A DNA stretch of 64,000 bases from Heptranchias perlo (GCF_035084215.1 NC_090326.1:54002001-54066000), one strand, 5' to 3'. Shown: positions 27,747 through 38,560, counted from the stretch's first letter. Numbers and translations: made by a program. Notes: generated by a model from the letters alone, not told the origin.

Positions 27747-27844
27747 AAAATGTTTTGATTCAGAAAAACATAGACTAACATCTGCCCACTGGTAAGGTTG
27801 TAATGTTTTCCCCACAGTTTTTTCCATGTCTCTTGCTGGTGTTA

Positions 27845-28424
27845 GGGTAGAAATTCGTCAGAGGCCCATTTTCAGGCCGAGATTTGGCACTGTGCACACC
27901 AACCGAGAGGCGAGAGGCCGGCCCGAAATTGGGCCTTGGGCCTCATTAACATTTTGTGTGCGAGCTGCCGACACTTGTTGCTCATTCTAAATGCCGAATA
28001 TTGGGCCACTTGCCTCGCCGGCAGCAGCCTGAAGTTAAGTCCTTGGAGGTGTTTGGAACAGGAATACGAGAGCACTCCTGCCCCTCCTACCTCAACAGGA
28101 TGCTTCCTTTTCTTCAATTTCCATTAAAAAAAATAATTACCTTCCATTGACAGCCGCAGGGACCGCTGAAGAATTGTGAGCCCTGCACCTGCTCTGCTCA
28201 CGGACATTATTTTTACAGAGGGCTTCAACAGGCATTAGACCCCCCCAATTAACATATAGTAGGGTCCAAATGCCTGTGTTCAGCGGCCTCCCAGAACGGC
28301 TGAAAACCCGCCTACGCCAATATGCTGGTGCTGATCTGGCGGGGGTCATTACGCTCCAAAATTGGTCCATTTTGCCTCTGTTTCCTGACTGGAAAATGGG
28401 CATAATGAGGACTAATTTCTACCC
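27845..28424. mobile_element. Harbinger-type MITE
   Basis: 11-bp TIR GGGTAGAAATT / AATTTCTACCC plus subterminal GCCCATTTTC inverted motifs. Confidence 0.7.
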
Positions 28425-29635
28425 CATTGAATCCTTCTTGGGTACAGTTCCAAGAAGTGCCCATTATTCATGCGTGAACCTAGGCACTGAGTGTTGGCAG
28501 GCTATTCGACTTGGTGTCATCACAGCTAAATTTCAAATTCATCTGATGTATCTGGGTTTGCAGAGTTGTTAGCTCCAAAACAGATAGATCGATCAATTGA
28601 TTAATACCCAATTTACTGACACTGCTGTATTTTCTCTGACCAATTATTTTTCTCCCTTCCCTCGGATGTGACTCTGTCCTCTTCTTGTTCTTTCCCATTC
28701 CAACCCCTGCACAGCCTCCTTTCCCCATCTAGATCTTGGGTTATGACACGATAGCAAGTGTCCAGTACATTAGTGACTGTCGGTTGCCATTTTTTATGAG
28801 CGCATCAGGCTGAATTATGAAGATCATTTAACAATTGAAAGAATAATTAGAATGCAGCAGCATCATGTGTGATAGAAGGTTACTCCATGTATATTGGTGT
28901 GATACAATTTTCATTTGCATAATAATAATGTTATTCATATAACAATGGAGCCAGTTGCACAAGATATGAATGGCAAAGAATTTTTCCGCAATTCCAATAT
29001 TTGAAAAGCCAAACTGAGCGAAGGAAAAAGTTGCACGTTGAGGAAAAGTATGGCGACTTTTCATTAACAACCTCCATAGAAAGACTTTCCCTAATGGCTT
29101 AATGAGTAAATACACTTTAATGGCGTAACAGTCTGAAAATCATAAATATATCTCAGCTGAGGTGTTATTGTACAACAATGAGCTTCAGCTTCCCTGGGCT
29201 ACAGAGAGGAGCACTTGGCCATGGTTTCCCATCGCTATGGCATTTGGCCATAGCATGTGATTGCTACTCAGTAATGCCTGATGAAAATATGAGCATGCGG
29301 GCATCAGCTTTGAGCTTGTCAACAATCAATAGCTAGGTTCACACAAGAAGGACTGTCAGGGGTAAGTATTGGAGACTCAACACTTATGAAGTTCTCAACC
29401 AACATAGGTTATTTGCCGAGAATTTCCTCAGAGCGGCTCCCTCTCCGTCACCTTGAAGAAAGCCCGTTTACCCCTATGAAAGTGGTTGTGAAGAAATTCC
29501 CAGTCATTGCCTTCAGGAAGATCAAGGTAGGAATAGAAATTAGAAAAATAATCAGCGAAAGTTATTTAATTAGAAAATTAATTCCGGAAATACCCAAGGA
29601 CGGTGATGGAGTAGTCTGCAACATTAGCTGACAGG

Positions 29636-29750
29636 AATAGAAGAACATGCTGATAGGGTGAGATGAAGTCGGGTGGGAGGAGGCTCGTGTGGAGCATAAA
29701 CACCGGCATAGACCAGTTGGGCCATATGGCCTGTTCCTGTGCTGCAGATT
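29636..29750 (+). mobile_element. CR1 3' UTR fragment
   Basis: GTGGAGCATAAACACCGGCATAGACCAGTTGGGCC...GGCCTGTT; same family as 33936-34095. Confidence 0.7.
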
Positions 29751-31724
29751 CGAAGTAACATTAGGCAATGACCTACTTGACCTCGTCCTCAGCAATCTAC
29801 CTGTCACAGATGCATCTGTCCATGATGGTATTGTTAGGCGTGACCACAGCATTGTCCTTGTGAAGACCAACTTCTCCCTTCACACTGAGGACACCCTCGA
29901 TCATGTCATGTGGCACCACCACTGTGCTAAGTGGAATAGATGAGAACAGGTCTAACAGTTCAATACTGAGCATCTATGAGGTGCTATGGGCCATCATCAT
30001 CAGCAGCAGCAGAATTGTATTCCACCACAATTGATAACCTCATGGCAGAGCCCAACATGTGAGTGCAAAAGACAAGGCTGAAGCTTTTGCAACCACCTTC
30101 AGCCAGAAGTGCCGAGTGGATAATCCTTCCCAGCCTCCTCCTGAGCTAAGGCTGCACTACAGCGACTGCCAAACAGACCGTTACTTCTGAGGAAGCAAGA
30201 CAACAAGCTGATGGCCAGAGAATTTAATCGATTGAAATCCCTTCTGAGGTGTCACCGAGTCAAATTCCGAATTGCTTATTTCACGCACATATTTTGTTCC
30301 TAATGCAAGACCGATGTAAAGAATTGTTAAAAACAGAATGATCCTGGAAATCTGAGGTCCCCACCATCACAGATACCAGTCTTCAGCCAATTTGATTCTC
30401 TCCACATAATGTCAAGAAACGGCTGAGTGCACTGGACGCAGCAAAGGCTATGAGTCCTGATAACATCCCGGCTGTAGTGCTGAAGACCTGTGCTCCACAA
30501 CTAGTCGCGCCCCTAGCCAAGCTGTTCCAGTACATCTGCAACACTGGCATCTCCCCAAAAAAGTGAAAAACAGAATTAATACAACCAGCCAATTACCGTC
30601 CCATCAGTCTACTCTCAATCATCAGCAAGGTGATGGAAATAGTCATCAACAATGCTATCAAATGCCACTTATCACCAATAACCTGCTTACCGATGTTCAG
30701 TTTGGGTTCCACCAGGACCACTTGGCTCCAGACCTCATTACAGTCTTGGTCCAAAAATGGACACAAGAGCTGAATTCCAGAGATGAGATGAGAGTGACTG
30801 GCCTATACAGCAAGGCAACGTTTGGCTGAGTGTGGTACAAGGAGCCCGAGTAAAACTGAAGTCAATGGAGATCAGGGGGAAAACTCTCCAGTGGCTGGAG
30901 TCATACCTAGCACAAAGGAAGATGGTTGTGGTCATTGGAGGCCAATCATCTCAGCCCCAGCACATCGCTGCAGGAGTTCCTCAGAGCAGCATCCTAAGCC
31001 CAACTCTCTTCAGCTGCTTCAGTCAATGACCTTCCCTCCATCATAACGTCAGAAGTTCGCTGATGATTGCACAGTGTTCAGCTCCATTCGCAATTCCTCA
31101 AATAATGCCCGCATGCGGCATGACCTGGACAGCATCCAGGCTTGGCCAGATAAGTGGCAAATTACATTTACACAACACAAGTGCCAGGCAATGACCATCT
31201 CCAACATGACTGACCCTAACCACCTTCCCTTGACATTCAACCGAATTCCCCCACTATCAATATCCTGGGGTTCACAATTGACTAGAAACTCAACTGGATC
31301 AGCCGCATAAATGCCATGGCAACTGGACCTGGTCAGAGGCTGGGTATTCTGTGGCAAGTGGCTCACCTCTTGATGATCCAAGGCCTCTCCACTACCTACA
31401 AGACACCAGTCTGGAGTGTGATGGAAAAATCTCCACTTGCCTGGATGGATGCAGCTGCAACAGCACTCAAGATACTCGACATTATCCAAGATGTGGAGAT
31501 GCCGGTGATGGACTGGGGTTGACAATTGTAAACAATTTTACAACACCAAGTTATAGTCCAACAATTTTTATTTGAAATCTACAAGCTTTCGGAGGCTTCC
31601 TCCTTCCTCAGGTAAATGTTCAGGAGCTCCTCGAAGCCTACGCATTTATACATATAGAACAATACATGGTGTTTACAGACTGCCCCTGCAACTGCCCGTT
31701 GCCAAGGCAATCACCGTGTTCAGA

Positions 31725-31933
31725 TGTGGAGATGCCGGTGATGGACTGGGGTTCACAATTGTAAACAATTTTACAACACCAAGTTATAGTCCAACGATTT
31801 TATTTTTAATCCCACAAGCTTTCGGGGGCTTTCCCCTTCCTCAGGCGCCTGAGGAAGGGGAAAGCCCCCGAAAGCTTGTGGGATTAAAAATAAAATCGTT
31901 GGACTATAACTTGGTGTTGTAAAATTGTTTACA
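31725..31933 (-). mobile_element. Palindromic Penelope-type element nested in the outer copy
   Basis: 12-bp TSD ACCGTGTTCAGA (31713-31724, 31934-31945); perfect 176-bp palindrome 31759-31934 with no loop; same tail as the outer copy. Confidence 0.9.
31846..31882 (+). ncRNA. Minimal type I hammerhead ribozyme motif (mirror copy on - strand at about 31811-31847)
   Basis: CTGAGGA 31849-31855, stem II GGGG/CCCC, GAAA 31870-31873, then GC-TT; the 5' strand of stem I is shortened at the palindrome centre. Confidence 0.65.
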
Positions 31934-32137
31934 ACCGTGTTCAGACAGAGAGGTGTCACCTACAGAACCCCCGAATACACATTCAACAAAAAAATGTGTA
32001 TTCGGGGGTTCTGTAGGTGACACCTCTCTGTCTGAACATGGTGATTGCCTTGGCAACGGGCAGCTGCAGGGGCAGTCTGTAAACACCATGTATTGTTCTA
32101 TATGTATAAATGCGTAGGCTTCGAGGAGCTCCTGAAC

Positions 32138-32178
32138 ATTTACCTGAGGAAGGAGGAAGCCTCCGAAAGCTTGTAGAT
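32138..32178 (+). ncRNA. Minimal type I hammerhead ribozyme motif (mirror copy on - strand at about 31577-31617)
   Basis: ATTTAC-CTGAGGA-A-GGAGG aag CCTCC-GAAA-GC-TT-GTAGAT: core CUGANGA/GAAA/UH, stem I ATTTAC:GTAGAT, palindromic AGCT stem III. Confidence 0.8.
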
Positions 32179-33896
32179 TTCAAATAAAAATTGTTGGACT
32201 ATAACTTGGTGTTGTAAAATTGTTTACAATCGACATTATCCAAGACAAAGCAATCCGCTTGATAGGCACCTCACATTGAACCGTGGCTGCAGTGTGTACT
32301 AGCTACAGAATGCATTGCAGCAAGTTGCCAAGGCTTCTCTGACAGCACCTCCCAAATCTGTGACCTTCACCAGCTGCAAGAACAGTGACAGCAGGTGTAT
32401 GGGAATAACACCATCTCCAAGTTCCCCTCCAAGTCACAAACCATCCCGACTTGGACATATATCGCTGTTCCTTCTTCATCACTGGATCAAAATCTCTACC
32501 TAACAGCACTATGGGAGTACCATCACCACACGGACTGCAGCAGTTCAAGAAGCCAGCTCACCACCACCTTCTCAAGGACAATTAGGGATGGGCAATATAT
32601 GTTGGCTTTGCCAAGGATGCCCATATCCTGAGAATGAACATTAAAAACACATAAATGGATAAATTTGTAATTCAAATTAAATGTATAAATATGTTCGCAA
32701 ATTGATTTATAAATGGTAAATTCTAATTTGTTTAATTGTAAAGCATCCAAGTGGGCTGCAAATATATTTACTTTTATGCATAAATTAATCAAATTGGTTT
32801 AATAATTTAAAAAAATATTTATTCATTGACAAATTCATAAACAAATGTAAAACATAAGACCTCTGACTCCCTCTCACTTGGGTAATTTGTAATTACACAT
32901 CTTTCAATTTAACACCAACATAATTGGTAATTAAATTATATACTAACATATCAAAGTTAGGCAATATATTTCTGAATTAATGAGTACATTTAACATCATT
33001 TTAAAATTGATTAACATCTTTCTGAATTAATTCATACTTATATGAAATTAATACAATCAATAACTTGTTTGTGAATTAATTTGCAAATTTATTAATTCAT
33101 TTCAAATGTAATACATTTTGATTCTCCCTTACATCTGCTCTGGTAACTCCACTTTTACACCAGAGCTTCCGAAATCCCCTCCGAAGTGGTTAACAGAGCC
33201 CTTGGCCATTTCCCATGTTTCTCCTCGTCATTTTCCCCTCCTTTGACAACGGTGACAGGGTCTCCTCCTTGTTCTGACTTTCCACCCAGCAGCCTCTGCA
33301 TTTTCTAGATCATCTTCTGGCAATTCTGCCATGTTCGAAGAGGTCCTACCACCAGCCACTTCAGTCCCCTCCCCTCACACCCAGTACCTTACCTTTCAGT
33401 AGGATTGTTCTTTTCACAACATCCTAGTCCACTCTTCCAACATCCCAGCTATCAGCAGCTCTTTCCCTGGTCCCTTCCCGTACAACCACAGGAGATGCAA
33501 TACCTATCCATTCATCTTCTCCCATATCATTGTCCAGGGCCCCAAACACTCCTTCCATATTAGCCAGTAATTTATGAGAGCTTCCTCTAATCTAGTAAAT
33601 TGTATTTGTTGCTTATGGTGTGGTCTCCTCTACATTGGGGAGATCAAAGGCTTTTAGGGGACCGTTTTGCCAAATACCGTTGTTCGTGCCTATGTGTGTT
33701 GCTGATTTTCACGTGGCTCAGCATTTTAATTCCCACCTCCCATTCCTATTCTGACCTCTCCATCATTGACTTTTCATGGCCATTCCAAGGATGCTTAATG
33801 TAAAAGCAAAATAATGCGGTTGCTGGAAATATGAAATAAAACCAGAAAATGCTGGAAACACTCAGCAGGTCAGGCAGCATCTGTGGAGAGAGAAAC

Positions 33897-33935
33897 AGAG
33901 TTAACGTTTCAGGTCAATAACGTTTTCATCAGAAC
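33897..33935 (-). ncRNA. Hammerhead ribozyme motif of Penelope pseudo-LTR (second family)
   Basis: Reverse strand GTT-CTGATGA-AAACGTTATTGACCT-GAAA-CG-TT-AAC; stem II mutated. Confidence 0.55.
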
Positions 33936-34095
33936 GACATAGAATTACATAAAATTTGCAGCACAGAAATAGGCCATTTGGCCCAAGTGGTTCATACCGG
34001 TGTTTATGCTCCACACAAGACTCCTGCTACCCTTCTTCTTCTCACCCTATCCTTCTATTCCTTTCTCCGTCATGTGTTTATCTATCACATCTATC
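33936..34095 (-). mobile_element. CR1 3' tail inserted in the Penelope pseudo-LTR
   Basis: Matches the reverse complement of 29636-29750; flanked by CAGAAC (33930-33935, 34096-34101). Confidence 0.7.
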
Positions 34096-35732
34096 CAGAA
34101 CTGGAAGAAGTTAGAGATTTAACAGTTTTTAAACAAGTGGGATGGGGGAAAGGAAAGAACAAAAAGGAAGGTCTGTGATAGGGTGGCGGGCAGGAGTGAT
34201 TAAAGGCCAAAGGGATAATGGTGCAAGGCAAAAGGATAAGAAAAGAAACAAAAGATGGGTCCAGCGGAGGTGTAAATAGTTACAACGTAACCATTAACAA
34301 CACCTGCTGTCGGAGAAAATGGGAACGGTGGTTATGATTTAAAATTGTTGAACTCAAGGCTGTAAAGTGCCTAATCGAAAGATGAGATTCTGTTCCCCGA
34401 GTTTGTGTTGAGCTTCATTGGAACAGAGTTGAAGGGCGAGGACAGAGATGTCAGAGTGGGAGTGGAATGGAGAATTAAAATGAGAAACGACCGGAAGCTC
34501 AGGACCACGCTTGCAGACTGAATGGAGGTGTTCAGCAAAGCAATCACCCAATCTGCGTTTGTTCTCCCCAATGTAGAGGAGACCGCATCATGAGCAGCGA
34601 ATACAGTATACTAAATTGAAAGAAGAAGCAAGTCGTTTTTCACCTGGAAGGAGTGTTTGGGGCCCAGGACAGTGGGAAGAGAAGAGGTGAAAGGACAGGT
34701 GTTATATCTCTTGCGCTTGCACGGGAAGATGCCGGGGAAGGGGAGCAAGTGTTGGGGGCCATTGAAGAGTGAACCAGGGTGTCATAGAGGGAATGGTCCC
34801 TACAGAATGCTGACAGAGGAGGGGAGGGAAAGATGTGTTTGGTGGTGGCATCGGGCTGGAGGTGGCAGAAATGGCGAAGAATGATCTGGTTGAATGTGAA
34901 GGCTGGTGGAATGGAAAGTGAGGACAAGGGGAACCCTATAGAAGTTCTGGGAGGGAGGGGAAGTGGTGAGAAAAGTGTGGGAAATGGGATGGACACGGTT
35001 GAGGGCTCTGTCAATCACAATGAGGCGAATCCTTGGTTGAGGAAACAAGAAGATATATCAGTAAAGATGACATTTTCCAGTTCAGGGCGAGAACAGGAAG
35101 TGGCACCAACACCAACACAGTCACCAATGTACTGAAAAAAGAGGTGAGGGAGGGGACCTGAATAGGACTGGAACAAAGAATGTTCCACATACCCCATGAA
35201 AAGGCAGACATAGCTAGGACCCATATGGGTTCCCTTAGCAATACCTTTTATTTGGAAGAAGTGAGTGGAGTCAAAGGAGAAGTTGTCCAAAGTGAAAATA
35301 AGTTCAGCCAGGCGGAGGAGGGTGGCGGTCGATGGGGACTGGTTGGGCATGCCTTCAAGGAAGAAGATAGAAAAAGCTTAATGCAAAGCTGCAGGAATGG
35401 CACCAAATCTTTCTCTGGCCTGAACACTGACTTTAGTAACTTCAGTCCTTAGTTATATCCTTCATTTTCTTTGAGTGGACAAAGGGGGATGCAGGTGGGT
35501 GTTTGGCCTTATGACCTTCGTCAGAGCACAGTGCTGGCAGGGAGTCTGCCCCCCTGTTGCTCTGCTTTTTTCTCTTTTTCGAGTTGGCATTGAGCACTCC
35601 GAAGTCAGGTATGTGTTCAGTGAAATGCAGAGTAAAGTTCTCTCTACACTGTGCAAATGCTTTTTAAAACAAATCCAGCATCAGTACAGACCCTCCTATT
35701 AGATCAATACTAGAATTCATACCAAAATATAA

Positions 35733-35967
35733 TTGTAAACAATTTTACAACACCAAGTTATAGTCCAGCAATTTTATTTTAAATTCACAAGCTTTCGGAG
35801 GCTTCCCCCTTCCTCAGGTGAACGATGTGAACATCGTTCACCTGAGGAAGGGGGAAGCCTCCGAAAGCTTGTGAATTTAAAATAAAATTGCTGGACTATA
35901 ACTTGGTGTTGTAAAATTGTTTACAATTGTCAACCCCAGTCCATCACCGGCATCTCCACATCATGAC
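35733..35967 (+). mobile_element. Palindromic Penelope-type element, third copy, opposite orientation
   Basis: 13-bp TSD TACCAAAATATAA (35720-35732, 35968-35980); perfect 98-bp arms (35731-35828, 35831-35928), 2-nt loop, 39-nt tail on the right. Confidence 0.92.
35836..35876 (+). ncRNA. Minimal type I hammerhead ribozyme motif (mirror copy on - strand at about 35783-35823)
   Basis: GTTCAC-CTGAGGA-A-GGGGG aag CCTCC-GAAA-GC-TT-GTGAAT; stem I covaries relative to the 32138 copy. Confidence 0.8.
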
Positions 35968-36849
35968 TACCAAAATATAAGCATTTTCTTACTGTGGATA
36001 TATTCAGTTAGAACTGGTTGGGTGATATCCAAACTGATTTTTCTTGTGATCATTCCAGCCAGCTGAGAGAACGTTTTCATGCCATCTGTTTGAGCTAGCT
36101 TTGAACCGACATCCCAGACCAACAGTACACGTATGAACCCACTATTGCACAGTTCTCATCCTCCTCCCCACATTGTGCCATTGATTTAAGTTTTGCATTG
36201 CCTGTTGAGCAGCAGACTTCAGGATAAATGCAAGGGCATGAAAGAAAAAACAAACCATTTCACTACAGTATCGAGCTTTAGAAAACATTTATTGGCTTCT
36301 GGGTACTTATATTTTTGTTATTTAGTCTGAATTGCATATATTATTAAAGGATATTCAACTTAAATATATAAATAGTTGAATCTTCTATTGTGTTGCTGAG
36401 GGTAAGGGCAAATAAAGAATTATTTATAAGGAAGTGGAGATGGTATGGTGATGGGGGTGGGAAGTACATAGAAATACATAGAAGTTACAACATCGCAATT
36501 GGCCATTTGGCCCAAGCATCCCGTGTCATTCCCAGATGGCTGCAATCACTTGTTTAATTCTTGACTGCTGTACTCTTTCCAAAGCCCACTGGAATGTATT
36601 AATGGCAGATTGATGTATTAGTTTAATATGTGGCTGAAAAACTCCCTCCAAAGCCTGAATATATATGCGGCATACTTATTTATGTAGTTCACACCTGAAG
36701 CTCAACTTGTCCCAAAGCCCAAGTTAATTTATTTAGGCCGTGGTTATTCATTTAATTCCCAGCTGGCCTGCTCCCCACAAAGTGCAATTAAATTTGTCCC
36801 AAAATTAAAAGTTTAATTCTTCCTAAATTTAATTTTTTAAATATTAGAT

Positions 36850-36995
36850 AATAGAAACATAGAAAATAGGAGCAAGAGTAGGCCATTCGGCCTTTCGGGC
36901 CTGCTCCGCCATTCAAAATGATCATGGCTGATCATCTAACTCAGTACCCTGTTCCCCGCTTTTTCCCCATATCCCTTGATCCCTTTAGCATTAAT
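36850..36995 (-). mobile_element. CR1 3' UTR fragment
   Basis: ATAGAAAC tail, then GGAGCAAGAGTAGGCCATTCGG...ATCATGGCTGATC, as in 38915 and 61135. Confidence 0.8.
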
Positions 36996-37534
36996 AGATT
37001 ATTACAAAATACCTTACTGGCAGGAAAGGCAGATGTGGAAACAGCTTGCACACAAAGTTAAAACAAAATGACGGGCCGATTGGGTGGTTCATGCCTAGGT
37101 GCTACCTGGTGTTGAGAAGGAACATGAATAGTAAGTATAATAGCTATAATGTGATATAAGCAGGTGTTACAGTGCCACCCATTAAAAATAATGTTAACAG
37201 GTATTGCTAAGTATCACAAGGTGTGACAAAATCATTATTATGGCCAAATAAACACTCATTGCTAGGGTAATAACTAATTGCTCTTTTATTTCCAGATTCT
37301 CCAGAACATTTCTGAATAACTCAGAATAATAAAATGCAATACAAGAGAGACCTTTGGTGTAATTGGTACAATGTACTTACTCCCCAGGGGGCCAACTAAT
37401 GTCCAGTTAACAATTTGCAAGTACCCCACATAGCAATCGTGACACAGAGAGTAAGAAAGTGATAACAGGAAGTGTACAGAGTTGTAATGTATTACAGATG
37501 ATGCACTTCTTGAAATGGGTTCCAAGACTGTATT

Positions 37535-37750
37535 GGTAGCAGTTTGAGATGGTTGTGGGTTCAGGCCACGCTATGGACTGGAGCACATAATCGAGGCTGA
37601 CACTTCAATTCAGTACTGACAGAGTCCTGCAGTTTCTGGAGTGCTGTTTTTCAGATGAAATGTCAAAATTATGCCCTATCCACCAGCTTGGGTGGATATA
37701 AAATATGCCATAGCCCTATTTGGAGATCAAGGTGCTCTCCGGTGTCATTT
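37535..37750 (+). mobile_element. Deu-family SINE 5' half, degenerate
   Basis: GTTGTGGGTTCAGG B box, GGCTGACACTTCA..CAGTACTG and GGTGGAT..AAAA motifs shared with 47285 and 63242. Confidence 0.65.
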
Positions 37751-38280
37751 GAGAGAGTACATAGGGCCACATGGGTATAATTTATTACCCTCTGGACCTT
37801 TGGGAATCCTGCCATTCTGTAAAATTGTACAGCCCTCTTATATTGCTATTGTTTCCATGGAGAAGGAGAAGAAATTGCTTGCTGGAATAAATAAGGCATT
37901 CATCACCTGCTTTATCTATCAACATATAGCTGTTTGGCTTACATTGCTGCATCTCCAGTGATAGCCTAAAATGAATGTGAAACATAAAAGGTAAGGGTGG
38001 TTGTGACCTTGACAGCCATTGGCAGTGCTGTGCCTGTGGAGGCATTTGTCTGCAGATGAGCGTGGAGTAATGAGGCACAGCTCTGCCATAGTGGTCCTTG
38101 TAAATCAAAACCTCCACCGGCATTGTTCTTCTGACAGCTGGAGTTTTGTGCACTCCTGCCTGTGGCTTTTGATGTGGGGCTGCCAGTGGTTGGGTGAAAA
38201 ATGCCTTTAGTGCAGTGAGACCTGCCTGGCATGCCCCTATCGAGTATGCTCTTCTTCCAAGAAAAAAAGTGAAGTTTGGA

Positions 38281-38378
38281 CTGATGAAGGGTCATCAACC
38301 TGAAACGTTAACTCTGTTTCTCTCTCCAAAGATGCTACCTGATCTGCTGAGTATTTCCAGCATTTTCTGTTTTTATTA
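38281..38378 (+). mobile_element. Penelope pseudo-LTR fragment beginning at hammerhead core
   Basis: CTGATGA-AGGGTCATCAACCT-GAAA-CG-TT-AACTCTGTTTCTCTCTCC... Confidence 0.75.
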
Positions 38379-38560
38379 AAGCACTGTATTGCTGTGGTGG
38401 TAGTTTAAAATGACAGATCTTAAACAATGCCCTCAGAGTCGCCGAACGACTTAAGTGGAAATAAGAAAAAGAAAGGTATTCCAATCTTTTTACAGGTCTC
38501 CTTAAAGCTATTTCCAAAACAGCAATCTCAGGCAAGGCTGGACACCCATTTTACAGGCAA

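Larger units (their letters stand above)
31492..32229 (-). mobile_element. Palindromic non-autonomous Penelope-type element (inverted pseudo-LTR pair with tail), outer copy
   Basis: 16-bp TSD TCGACATTATCCAAGA (31476-31491, 32230-32245); 238-bp inverted arms (31525-31724 plus 31946-31983 versus 31993-32230, 2 mismatches), 9-nt loop, one-sided tail. Confidence 0.9.
29755..32645 (+). mobile_element. CR1-Zenon-like LINE, 5'-truncated, with nested insertions
   Basis: LDLVL...DH endonuclease end, KTCAP.L.APL, GVPQSSILSP, and 3' end GGGATGGGCAATA; interrupted at 30146-30351 and 31492-32229. Confidence 0.85.
33801..35375 (-). mobile_element. Penelope-like retroelement: RT + GIY-YIG fragments and pseudo-LTR
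   Basis: 35015-35350 FFQIKGIAKGTHMGPSY...YIGD (RT motifs, decayed YIDD); 34354-34551 GDCFAEH...VVSHFN (GIY-YIG); pseudo-LTR 33801-34330; 8-bp TSD GCTTAATG (33793-33800, 35376-35383). Confidence 0.9.
33120..35455 (+). mobile_element. Old Penelope-like element (GIY-YIG region), split by a younger Penelope
   Basis: Degenerate CTACATTGGGGAG (YIGE) and LGDRFA in 33600-33790; C-terminus KLQEWHQIF..SGLNTDFSNFSP* resumes at 35376-35452. Confidence 0.7.

Noticed and set aside
31492-35967. Palindromes as sequencing or assembly fold-back artefacts
   Set aside because: Each has its own TSD, the same outer boundary and an asymmetric tail, and the host LINE resumes in register; long-read confirmation is still advisable.
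31492-35967. Palindromes as DNA-transposon MITEs
   Set aside because: TSD length is long and variable (12, 13, 16 bp), one side has an extra tail, and hammerhead motifs are present; this fits Penelope-type retrotransposition.
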